Positions 31,938 through 40,431 are shown, numbered from the stretch's first letter. The stretch: DNA of 46,767 bases from an uncultured Acetatifactor sp. (GCA_947584035.1 CANPWJ010000001.1:1-46767), one strand, 5' to 3'. A program made the numbers and translations. Notes: generated from the letters alone by a model not told the origin.

Positions 31938-32747
31938 ATGGATAAGAGGACAGGAACGAACGAGAAAATAGAAATCAACGAAAGAATAGAAACAGGCGCG
32001 GCGGAGACGAAAGGGACGGGCAGGAAGGAGCTGCAGATGGATCCGTTTGTGCAGTGGGCGCACCGTTTCGGGCGGACGACGCTTTTGTGCTTTATCGTGT
32101 ACATGATGATCGTGCCCCTTGTGACCTGCCTGGTGTACGACTGCTTTCCCAGCTTTCAGATGCTGGTGCCGGGGCTGATCACCATTCTGCTCATCATGGT
32201 TCCCACCGGGATCGCGGAGGTGGGAAGCTATACGCCGATCCTGGGCAGCTCCAGCTATCTGACCTTTGCCACCGGCAATCTGATGAATCTGAAGATGCCC
32301 TGCGTGGTGAACGCCCAGAAGCTGGCCAAGGTGGAGCAGAGCACTCCGGAGGGGGACGCCATCGCTCTGATCGCGACGGCGGTTTCCTCCATTGTGACCA
32401 TCGTCATCCTGGCGGTGGGGCTGATCTTTATCGTGCCGCTGCAGCCCCTGCTGTCCAACCCTTATGTGGCCACGGCCAGCAACTACATTATGCCGGCGCT
32501 CTTTGGCTGCATGGCCATGAGCCTTTTCGGAAACGGCGGCGGCAAGACCTATGTCAAGAACCGGCTGTTGTGCGCAGTTGTGCCCGCGGTCCTGGTGGCG
32601 TTGCTCACCATCGCCGGCATCGCTTCCAGCGGCATCGCCAGCTATCTGCTCATCTTTATGATTCCGCTCACGATCCTGTGCGCCCGGATCCTGTGGAAGA
32701 AGGGCGTGGTCCGGGTGGAGGAAGTGAAGAAGAAGGAAGCGGAATAG
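31938..32747 (+). CDS. Polytopic membrane protein, partner of the DUF5058 protein
   Basis: SYTPILG...YLTFATGNLMNLKMPC, TPEGD, PALFG; RBS GGAG. Confidence 0.75.
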   Translation: MDKRTGTNEKIEINERIETGAAETKGTGRKELQMDPFVQWAHRFGRTTLLCFIVYMMIVPLVTCLVYDCFPSFQMLVPGLITILLIMVPTGIAEVGSYTPILGSSSYLTFATGNLMNLKMPCVVNAQKLAKVEQSTPEGDAIALIATAVSSIVTIVILAVGLIFIVPLQPLLSNPYVATASNYIMPALFGCMAMSLFGNGGGKTYVKNRLLCAVVPAVLVALLTIAGIASSGIASYLLIFMIPLTILCARILWKKGVVRVEEVKKKEAE

Positions 32748-32805
32748 GGAAATCGGCGGATCCATTCCTGTGATTTCAAAAGCATCCGACGGGAGGGTGT
32801 CAAAG

Positions 32806-34431
32806 ATGAGTAAGTATTGTAGTATATGTGGTGATAAGTGCGGTCTTTTTTCAAGATGGACTCTTAAAAACGGCTTGATCTGCAAGCGCTGTCGTTCAAA
32901 ATTGTCCTACTGGTTTCTAAAGTCGGGAAAGAGGTTGTCAAGCTGTACCATTGCAGATATCAATGAGCAATTGCGTTATCGGGAGGGGAATCAAAACCTG
33001 CTTAAATTGTTTCATCCGACCCGTCAGGTTCAGCTGAAGGATGAAACCTTTTTGAAAGTGGACGACGCTGCCGAAAAATTTATGGTTGTAAATCAGCGAG
33101 AAGATCCCAATCCGGATGTTTTGGATTTTTCAATGTTCCTGGGGTGTGTAGTTGACTCGGAGGAAAAGGAACAAAAATATAAGCCGGAAAACGAGCGTCC
33201 TTATTATAAGACCAGATGCAGGTTCAATATTGTTATGCAGGTGGATACTCCTTATTATACCAAAATCAACTTAGAGAGAAAGCTTTCCGTATGTACCTCA
33301 GAATCCGTTTCCGATTTTGGGGGTAGATTGCTTTCTGGGAGAGAGCGACTAGAATATGAAAAATATGAAGAAGAAAAAAGGGCGATAAAGAAAATTGAGA
33401 AAACCGTGAATGATATTTTTGCAGAATATCATAAAAAACAGGAGGCGAAAGAGGCAGAGCGTATTGAACTTCAGAGAAAGAAAGAGGCAGAGCGTATTGA
33501 GCTTCAGAGAAAGAAAGAGGCAGAACGTATTGAGCTGCAGAGAAAAAATGCGATAGATGAAAAGATCAGAGAAGTGGCAGATCTAGTCACTGAAAAGTTT
33601 GACGAGGCTGAGCTGCTGCGGAAAGCTGCGCTTTCTGCCCAAGACAAAGTGAAGGAATATGGCAGATTACGGCAATTCTGTCTTAGCTATATACCGGAGC
33701 TCGGGGATGACCGATATGGTCTTGTATCTGCATTAAAAAAATGCTGGGAGTATGTCAATGTGGATATGTGTTCTTCTTTTGAAAATAACTGGAAGGCATT
33801 GTCAAAGGCATTTTTCCAATTGAACAGGGGAATACAGGGGGAAAACCATGTCGAAGAGGTACTGTCCCTCTACGATGACCGCATTTGTTTTATCCGGAAT
33901 CATACGTGGATCTATGAGCATGATTTTATTGTACTGGCGCCAAGCGGAATCTATACGATCGAAGTAAAGATGCTAAGCGATGACTATGTTCTTACGGAGA
34001 CCGGGATGCTTAAGCCTTTAAATGATCCCTGGAAAAGGACAAGTGATGTGGTCCTTCAGTCAAGAAAACATGTTGAGACTCTTCGAAAGGGCTTGAAAGA
34101 GTGCGCCGCTTATACCTCCGACATTCCGATTACGGAAATTATTTGTTGTGCAGATGGAAACCATATCATAAAAAATGAGTTTCCGGATATGATTGTGTGT
34201 TACTGTAATACTCTGAACAAGTATCTCTTTCCGGATAATGCTGAAAACAAGCTCACGGCAGAGCGGATGGCGGAATTAAAGGATTTTCTGCTGCAAAACG
34301 GAGAAAAGGAACCGCGTACTTATTCGGTTTTTGGGGACAAGGGAGACTTGCCTGACCGGGATGAGTTCGTGCGGAATTTTGCATATACCGTTGGGGCCAA
34401 ATACGTGCAGGAGCATTTTGATTCTTTTTAA
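32806..34431 (+). CDS. DUF4428 zinc-ribbon domain - coiled-coil repeats - NERD nuclease domain fusion
   Basis: CSICG...GLICKRC; GIQGENHV...EHDFIVLAPSGIYTIEVK (NERD, PD-(D/E)xK-like); RBS GGAGG; AT-richer. Confidence 0.78.
   Translation: MSKYCSICGDKCGLFSRWTLKNGLICKRCRSKLSYWFLKSGKRLSSCTIADINEQLRYREGNQNLLKLFHPTRQVQLKDETFLKVDDAAEKFMVVNQREDPNPDVLDFSMFLGCVVDSEEKEQKYKPENERPYYKTRCRFNIVMQVDTPYYTKINLERKLSVCTSESVSDFGGRLLSGRERLEYEKYEEEKRAIKKIEKTVNDIFAEYHKKQEAKEAERIELQRKKEAERIELQRKKEAERIELQRKNAIDEKIREVADLVTEKFDEAELLRKAALSAQDKVKEYGRLRQFCLSYIPELGDDRYGLVSALKKCWEYVNVDMCSSFENNWKALSKAFFQLNRGIQGENHVEEVLSLYDDRICFIRNHTWIYEHDFIVLAPSGIYTIEVKMLSDDYVLTETGMLKPLNDPWKRTSDVVLQSRKHVETLRKGLKECAAYTSDIPITEIICCADGNHIIKNEFPDMIVCYCNTLNKYLFPDNAENKLTAERMAELKDFLLQNGEKEPRTYSVFGDKGDLPDRDEFVRNFAYTVGAKYVQEHFDSF
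33448..33546 (+). repeat. Three in-frame 33-bp tandem repeats (KEAERIELQRK)
   Basis: Units 33448-33480, 33481-33513, 33514-33546 with synonymous differences. Confidence 0.93.
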
Positions 34432-34479
34432 AGCGGTGATTCGCTTTTCAGCGCTTTGCGCAGGTTTTCCGGGATCTTG

Positions 34480-34737
34480 ATCATTCCGGTTTCCACAGAT
34501 TTGTCCTGCCTCCTGGTCCGGCTGGCTTTTCACCGCGGGGAAGGAGGCGTGGATCCTCTTATAACAAGGGCAGTCGCCTGCATGGTCGTTGACCACGCCG
34601 CAGGTCTGCAGGTGGGCGTAGATCGTCACGGGGCCGATGGACGGAAAGCCCCGCTTTTTGAGATCGCGGCTGATCCTGTCCGACAGGCCGTTGCTGACGG
34701 GGATCCTGCCGTCCGCGTGTCCGCCGTAAAAAAGTGT
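34480..34737 (-). pseudogene. tag: C-terminal fragment of DNA-3-methyladenine glycosylase I
   Basis: LSDRISRDLKKRGF..IGPVTIYAHLQTCGVVNDH..DCPC; N-terminal half missing; boundaries approximate. Confidence 0.8.
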
Positions 34738-34765
34738 TGACGGAGGCGTCAATCAATGTTACGAT
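34737..34765 (+). promoter_or_regulatory. sigmaA promoter of putative antisense RNA; -35 lies in palindrome TTGACG-N4-CGTCAA
   Basis: TTGACG(34737)-17 nt-TACGAT(34760) with extended TG. Confidence 0.65.
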
Positions 34766-34771
34766 ATTCTA

Positions 34772-34866
34772 TGCAAAAGGGTGTTACCGTGAAGCAACGG
34801 TTCGCCTTGGTTAATAATTATTCAAAAAAGCAACCATTAACCTTGGTCGGGGCGGTTGCTTTTTTG
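34772..34866 (+). ncRNA. Putative type I antitoxin sRNA (~95 nt)
   Basis: Promoter upstream, terminator hairpin at the end, convergent overlap with the 3' end of a small hydrophobic ORF. Confidence 0.55.
34823..34866. terminator. Bidirectional hairpin terminator
   Basis: CAAAAAAGCAACC...GGTTGCTTTTTTG perfect 13-bp arms. Confidence 0.8.
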
Positions 34867-34968
34867 ATGTCTTTTATTTGCTCTGGTCTGCCGGATACTG
34901 ATGAGTGTGACGATGATACTGATAACCGTCACTACGATACCGACAAGCTCCAAAATCGTATCAAACAC
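34837..34968 (-). CDS. 43-aa single-TM peptide, putative type I (holin-like) toxin
   Basis: Manual translation MFDTILELVGIVVTVISIIVTLISIRQTRANKRHQKSNRPDQG; GTG 6 nt after AAGGA; hydrophobic helix plus basic tail. Confidence 0.7.
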   Translation of the reverse strand: MFDTILELVGIVVTVISIIVTLISIRQTRANKRHQKSNRPDQG

Positions 34969-35000
34969 CAAAGATCCTTACCCTTCACGTTATTTTCCAT
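34932..35000 (-). CDS. 22-aa leader ORF overlapping the toxin ORF (or frameshifted 5' end of the toxin)
   Basis: MENNVKGKDLWCLIRFWSLSVS* preceded by strong SD AAAGGAGGGG. Confidence 0.45.
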   Translation of the reverse strand: MENNVKGKDLWCLIRFWSLSVS

Positions 35001-35093
35001 ATGTATCCCCTCCTTTGATACCGGAAGTTCTCAAAATGTACTCATTTTGGCGAAAGGCGAACCGCTACCCGTTTGGGTAACACCCATATATAT

Positions 35094-35121
35094 ATTCTAC
35101 CATAGCGATGCGGATTTGCAA
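35094..35121 (-). promoter_or_regulatory. sigmaA promoter of the putative toxin mRNA
   Basis: Minus strand TTGCAA-16 nt-TAGAAT with extended TG. Confidence 0.6.
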
Positions 35122-35154
35122 GATACAGAATGAAATAAAACATTTTTACAACTT

Positions 35155-37140
35155 TTATTGTTTTCGCAGCCGGAATTGTGCCACTGTATCCATCAGGGAC
35201 TGCGCGCACGCTCCGAGATTTGCCGATATCGCGGAATTCTCTTCGGCACATGCCGCGTTGTTCTCCACCAGCTCGCTGATGGCGCGGATATTTTCCAGTA
35301 TTCCGTCCGTTGATTCTTTCTGTGTATTCACGAAATGTACGATCTCATCGACCATCTTCGCGTTACCTGCGGAGTACTCCGCGCTGTCGGATATGGTTTT
35401 ATCCGTCCTTGCCACAAGTTCCTTACCATGCTCCACAGACTCGAACGATTGGGATATCACGCTGCTGATCTTGGCGCTTGATTCCGAGCTGCTTGCCGAC
35501 AGGGCGGATATCTCTTCCGCCACTACCGCAAAGCCCCTGCCAGCTTCCCCCGCTCTTGCCGCCTCGATGGAAGCGTTTAAGGCAAGCAGGTTCGTCTTGC
35601 TTGCAATCGCGTTTATCTCGGTCACAAAGCCAGCGATCTCATCATAAAATTCCACGATCTCATCCATCGCCCTGACCAGTTCGTTCATTTCCGCATTACC
35701 GGTGGAAAGATGGTTGTTCACGTTGTCGGTATTCGTCTTGATGGTATTTGCAAACTCCACGATCTTCTCCATATTGTCGGTCAGCGCCTTGATCTCATCC
35801 GATGCGTTCTGTACGGATGCGTTCTGCACGGTGGCCGCCTTCGCCACATTTTCACTTGTCGCGGACAGATCCTTTGAATACTGAAGCACCGTAGCCGCCT
35901 GTTCATTGATCTCCGTAAAGCTGCCGTTGAGCACTTCCATAATGTTTACCAGGGCATCTTTAATCTTCTTATAATCGCCGGTGTAAACGCCGTCAACCTG
36001 AAAATCCAGATGTTTCTCTGAAATCGCCGTCACGGTGTCCGTGATCTTCGCAATATAGTGCTGTAATCCTTTCATCGTATCATTTAAGGCGGCGGACAGT
36101 GCATTTACTTCGTGGGACTGCTCATCGATCTGAAAGCGGTAGTCCAGTTCGCCTTCCGTTATCTTGCCCACATTCGCCGCCAGTTCTTCCAGCGGCGCGA
36201 ACATCGGATTGATGCTGCCGATCAGCTTATGCCTTGTCACCCCGCCGATCACAACGCTCAGGATCACGGTCAGTATGACTGTGAGCAGGATCGCGTTAAA
36301 CACTCCCGCAAGCGATATCACCGCCACTACATTCCAGCCTGTCGCATCGACCGTATTGCTGACCGCAAATTTCAGTCCGCCCTTATAATCCCAAATCAGT
36401 TTGGTGGACAGAGCTTTCTCACACGCTTTCGCATACCTGCCGCCCAACGCCTCCGACACCGTTGTGCTCCTCTGCGCGCTCAATGCGATCTCTTCATCCG
36501 GATGTGTCAGGATCGTGCCATCCTTTGTCGTTACGAATACATAATTGCTGCCCTTGTAAGAACCTTCTACAAGCGTCACCAGATCGTCCATGTACATATC
36601 CAGCCCCGCAACGCCCACAACTCTGCCGTCACGCCGGATCGCCTTGGAAATGGTGATGCAGATATTTCCCGTCTGCTCATCCACATACGGATCGGACACG
36701 TACACATCGTCCGTGGCCGCCGCCCCCGAATACCAGGCCCTTTCCGTCACAAGGAAATCGTCCTTCGGCACCCATCCGCCTGACATATATGTCATAATTC
36801 CGTCCGCATAAACAACGCCTTCCTGCTCTACGCAGACATACACGGCCGACACATCGTCATACAGCCCCGCCAGCGCGTCAACGTATGCACGGTAATCCTC
36901 CGCCTCTTCCCCGATCGGTGCCCCCAATGCGACCGCTTCGATAAATGCCACCTTCTGCGACATCCGATTGTCGATCTGCGAACTGTACAACTGTACCTGC
37001 TCGCTGTTATTCCGAACCGTATAAAAAAGGATCAGCCCCAGTATGATCAGCCCCGCCAGCGTACACAGCCCCGCAATCGTCCTGCGCATCGACCGGTTAG
37101 CTTTACGGTTGACATTGAAACTTAGCTTCTGTAACTGCAT
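35155..37140 (-). CDS. Methyl-accepting chemotaxis protein with dCache sensor and HAMP
   Basis: ERAWY...VSDPYVD..TG...ITIS...GVAGLD (dCache); [26 protein letters not shown]. Confidence 0.92.
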   Translation of the reverse strand: MQLQKLSFNVNRKANRSMRRTIAGLCTLAGLIILGLILFYTVRNNSEQVQLYSSQIDNRMSQKVAFIEAVALGAPIGEEAEDYRAYVDALAGLYDDVSAVYVCVEQEGVVYADGIMTYMSGGWVPKDDFLVTERAWYSGAAATDDVYVSDPYVDEQTGNICITISKAIRRDGRVVGVAGLDMYMDDLVTLVEGSYKGSNYVFVTTKDGTILTHPDEEIALSAQRSTTVSEALGGRYAKACEKALSTKLIWDYKGGLKFAVSNTVDATGWNVVAVISLAGVFNAILLTVILTVILSVVIGGVTRHKLIGSINPMFAPLEELAANVGKITEGELDYRFQIDEQSHEVNALSAALNDTMKGLQHYIAKITDTVTAISEKHLDFQVDGVYTGDYKKIKDALVNIMEVLNGSFTEINEQAATVLQYSKDLSATSENVAKAATVQNASVQNASDEIKALTDNMEKIVEFANTIKTNTDNVNNHLSTGNAEMNELVRAMDEIVEFYDEIAGFVTEINAIASKTNLLALNASIEAARAGEAGRGFAVVAEEISALSASSSESSAKISSVISQSFESVEHGKELVARTDKTISDSAEYSAGNAKMVDEIVHFVNTQKESTDGILENIRAISELVENNAACAEENSAISANLGACAQSLMDTVAQFRLRKQ

Positions 37141-37319
37141 TGTGATTCATCCTTCCCTGTTTTTAGTCGTCAATAACACCATTATAATCACCTCGCCCGG
37201 CGATTCAACACAATTCGCCTTTTCACTTGTTTTTTTCGCCAAATCACTTGTTCTTGTAAATTTTATGTTATATAATTTTGTGGGATATATAATACAGGAA
37301 ACCTGTGGGAGGAAGTCTT

Positions 37320-37478
37320 ATGAGCAGCACGGGAATGATTATTTTGGGAATGATCTGGATCCTTCTGTCGTCCGTATGGTTTTGGGCAGAAAATACTACA
37401 GTGGGCATTATATGGTTATGCGCGGGCGTTATAGAGCTGATCATCGCATGGATCAGACGCAATACCGCGGAAAAATAA
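37320..37478 (+). CDS. 52-aa two-TM small membrane protein (below the ORF-track cutoff)
   Basis: MSSTGMIILGMIWILLSSVWFWAENTTVGIIWLCAGVIELIIAWIRRNTAEK; RBS GGGAGGA; TTGTTC-17-TATAAT upstream. Confidence 0.7.
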   Translation: MSSTGMIILGMIWILLSSVWFWAENTTVGIIWLCAGVIELIIAWIRRNTAEK

Positions 37479-37480
37479 AT

Positions 37481-37732
37481 TCATTCCGCTTCCAAATGGT
37501 TGGTAACATCAAAGATTCCCGTAACTTTGTTACAATTCCTGCAAAACCATGCGTTCGGAATTTTCGTTTGATTCAAAAGAATATTCGTTTCCCCTATTGT
37601 GCGCAGACCGGTATAAAGGAACCGTTTTATCCCTTTTCTCTTGAATTGCTCCACAGGCACCCATCCTGGATTTACACAATTTACAATCAGTCCGCCCTCT
37701 AACATTTCCTTACCACAAATAGGACATTTCAT
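37481..37732 (-). CDS. Small zinc-ribbon protein (PF20097/DUF6487-like)
   Basis: MKCPICGKEMLEG...AWFCRNCNKV; RBS GGGAGG. Confidence 0.75.
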   Translation of the reverse strand: MKCPICGKEMLEGGLIVNCVNPGWVPVEQFKRKGIKRFLYTGLRTIGETNILLNQTKIPNAWFCRNCNKVTGIFDVTNHLEAE

Positions 37733-38047
37733 TTCTGCGATCCTCCCATGTCGATTCGTCTGTACTTTTTATTACTGTATCCCCAATATAGCATACGGAT
37801 AAAGGAATTACAAAGTTGATTGTTCTTGTGGCAAATGCAAAAGGGTGTGTCCAATGAAAGTAGATGTAAATGTCACCACAGGGGCAGGAGGAAGCTGTTG
37901 AAAATCAAACGATTTCATGCCAATAAATAGTCGTTTCACACCATTTAGCAGAAAAATAAGAAATGTTTGCCGATATAATAAGCAAAAAGAATGGCCCATA
38001 GGGCGTAACTATTTTCCCTGTCGATAAAGTTCAAGGAGGGCAAAATT

Positions 38048-38707
38048 GTGGCAGTAACAGGAGTAAATGAGTATACAAACACTTATGCGGCGTCAAACAG
38101 CGCCAGCACAAAAGGAAGCAGCGAATTAAACAGAACAACACAGGACTATCTGAATGAATTGAAGCAGAAATATCCGGATGTGAATATCGCTGTGGCCGAC
38201 TTTTCAAGCGAAAAACAGCGGAAATCATACTCACTTGGCTGTAGTGGATATAACAATGTTGCCATTTCATCTAACATTATTGAGAAAATGGCAACGGATC
38301 CAGCAGCAGCGGCAAAATATGAAAAAGTAATTGCTGATACGCCTAAGCTGGGTGAAGAAAGCAAAAAGCATCTTGAAGCAGAGGGAGTAGAACTGGTTTC
38401 CTATGGGACGGTAATTGACAAAAATGGAAAGGTTACATACTGGGGTGTTGGCAGATCGCTGGATGCTGTTGAAAATCCCGGAACAGCCTACAAGGAAAAG
38501 GTGCAGAAGCAGTTAGAGGAAAAACGGGCAAAGAAGAAGGAAGAAGAAAAGTTAAAGGAAAAGCGTTTGGAAGAGGCGGAAACGGCGGAACAGCTTTTGG
38601 AAAAGCTGAAAACGGACTCACAGGCAGAAACAGCAGAGGATATTGCGGTTACGGCAGCGAAAATTCCCGAAGAAGGAAAAGGAACACAGGTAGATTATAC
38701 AATCTGA
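38048..38707 (+). CDS. DUF6033-like protein
   Basis: YLNELKQKYP...NVAISSNIIEKMATDP; Lys/Glu-rich tail; ends GTQVDYTI; GTG after AAGGAGG. Confidence 0.7.
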   Translation: MAVTGVNEYTNTYAASNSASTKGSSELNRTTQDYLNELKQKYPDVNIAVADFSSEKQRKSYSLGCSGYNNVAISSNIIEKMATDPAAAAKYEKVIADTPKLGEESKKHLEAEGVELVSYGTVIDKNGKVTYWGVGRSLDAVENPGTAYKEKVQKQLEEKRAKKKEEEKLKEKRLEEAETAEQLLEKLKTDSQAETAEDIAVTAAKIPEEGKGTQVDYTI

Positions 38708-38757
38708 TGTAAGTTTAGGAAACGGATTTCAAATTATAAAGCAAGGAGGGCAAAATT

Positions 38758-39579
38758 ATGAGGATCAATGGAAATTTCTTTAATTTTATGAACAGTAGCT
38801 TCTTTAACCGTTCTTCGATGGTCTCAAGGCTGTTTGGAAGCAGGAACGCTGGGAACATGCATATGCCGGACAGGAATCATGCCAATAAGCATTCCCAAAC
38901 TTATATGGAGGACGGCGTTCTTTACCACAGAGGACACCGCCCAGAATCAAAACTTTATACAAGACAGGGAACTTTTGTAGGTGCAAGATCGAGGCAGGAT
39001 CCGAACCGGCGCAACGCATTTCGCCCATTTCATTCCGAACAGGAAGCCTTGCATTCTGAGGTTATACATGGAACGAATCCAAAGCAGGTGTCCGTGAAGG
39101 ACAACGAGGTGCATTTTGAGAGCCATTCGTATTATGAATTTACGGGCAAAGACGGAAAAGCCCACACGGTGTTTTCCTTGAATACAGCCTTGAGTACGGA
39201 TACTTATGCGAGCTTTGACAAGGAAGCGGCGGAGTATGTTGATTTCTGGGGAAGTTTGGCAAATGGAAATACTGTCGCATTGACGCAAAAATACAGTCAG
39301 GCTGAAATCAGGGAAAAACTGGAGGAAGCGGGCATCCAGAACGGGTTTTTCACGGTAGGGGTTGGTAAAAATTCTCAAACGTATTACCTCTCTCAAAACA
39401 AAGATGTGGATGCGCTTTTTTCCAAAGCAGAATATGACAAACGGTATGATGCGCTGGTCAGCGGAAAGGCATTTCAGCTTGATAAATTCCAGCCGGGGCA
39501 GACGGTGACGGTCGGCGGCAAGGATTATGTCCTGAACGAACATAAAGGGATTGATATTGAATACGGGGCAGAAGTCTAA
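38758..39579 (+). CDS. Hypothetical protein (Asn/Ser-rich N-terminus)
   Basis: 273-aa ORF with AAGGAGG RBS, same intergenic AAGGAGGGCAAAATT motif as the upstream gene. Confidence 0.75.
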   Translation: MRINGNFFNFMNSSFFNRSSMVSRLFGSRNAGNMHMPDRNHANKHSQTYMEDGVLYHRGHRPESKLYTRQGTFVGARSRQDPNRRNAFRPFHSEQEALHSEVIHGTNPKQVSVKDNEVHFESHSYYEFTGKDGKAHTVFSLNTALSTDTYASFDKEAAEYVDFWGSLANGNTVALTQKYSQAEIREKLEEAGIQNGFFTVGVGKNSQTYYLSQNKDVDALFSKAEYDKRYDALVSGKAFQLDKFQPGQTVTVGGKDYVLNEHKGIDIEYGAEV

Positions 39580-39618
39580 TAAGGTTTATAATAAAAGTCA
39601 AAGCAGGGGGATGATACG

Positions 39619-40380
39619 ATGTCCATGACAGTAGGCAGCGTTTACAATGCTTATGCCGACAGTAGCGCACGGGCGGCAGAGAAAAAGCAAACCACAGAGA
39701 ATACACAGAACAGGCAGACACAACAGGCGGATGCCCCGCAGCTATCCGCAAGGGCGCAGAAGTATCTTGACAAGCTGAATCAGTCCTATGACAACATGGA
39801 GTTTCTTGTCTACAACTCCGGCAAGGACGCAAAAGAAGTCCTCTCCCACAGCACAAAGGAAGTTTCCGTTATGCTGTCCCGTGAGGAGATCGAGAAAATG
39901 GCGTCCGATGAAGCGTATGCCGCTGAAAAAATGAAAGGCGTACAGGGCGCGCTCCGTATGTCGGAGCAGATCAACCGGGAATTTGGCTATACGTCCGCTT
40001 TTGGAGAGAACAGCGAAAATGCCGGCACACGGATCAGCAGGATTGCGGTATCTTTCAAGGATGACGGTTCTGCCAATATCTTTGCGGAGCTGGAAAAGAC
40101 CAGCCGGAAGCAGCGGGAACAGATCGAGGAAGCAAGGGCAGAAAAACGGGCGGAGGATAAGCAGACAAAGAAGAAACAGGCACAGAAGAAACAGCACGAA
40201 AAGCGTCTGGAAGAAAAAGCGGCAGACCGTTATTCCCGGACAAACGCCGACCCAAAGCGCACCGTTGTGGAAGCGGGAAGCGTGGATGAACTGATGAAGA
40301 AGATTGCGGCGGTAAACTGGAACGAAATACGGGCAGAGGGCAGCACAGAAAGCGGCGGCAGGTTTGATTTCAGTATTTGA
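39619..40380 (+). CDS. DUF6033-like protein
   Basis: LSARAQKYLDKL...LSREEIEKMASDE...FAELEK; ends GGRFDFSI. Confidence 0.72.
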   Translation: MSMTVGSVYNAYADSSARAAEKKQTTENTQNRQTQQADAPQLSARAQKYLDKLNQSYDNMEFLVYNSGKDAKEVLSHSTKEVSVMLSREEIEKMASDEAYAAEKMKGVQGALRMSEQINREFGYTSAFGENSENAGTRISRIAVSFKDDGSANIFAELEKTSRKQREQIEEARAEKRAEDKQTKKKQAQKKQHEKRLEEKAADRYSRTNADPKRTVVEAGSVDELMKKIAAVNWNEIRAEGSTESGGRFDFSI

Positions 40381-40431
40381 ATCATTTAGGAGTGCGTGGA
40401 AAATGGATGGGACTTGAGGCGTGACTTGAAG

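Noticed and set aside
34276-34752. 158-aa ORF as an intact gene
   Set aside because: Only the C-terminal part of Tag; its start falls in the promoter palindrome and its tail reads into the NERD gene
34756-35133. 125-aa plus-strand ORF
   Set aside because: No RBS, starts inside the predicted promoter, runs through a terminator and is antisense to the better-supported peptide ORF
37141-37320. c-di-GMP riboswitch upstream of the MCP genes
   Set aside because: No GEMM-type GCAAA/GNRA architecture seen here or upstream of the other two MCPs
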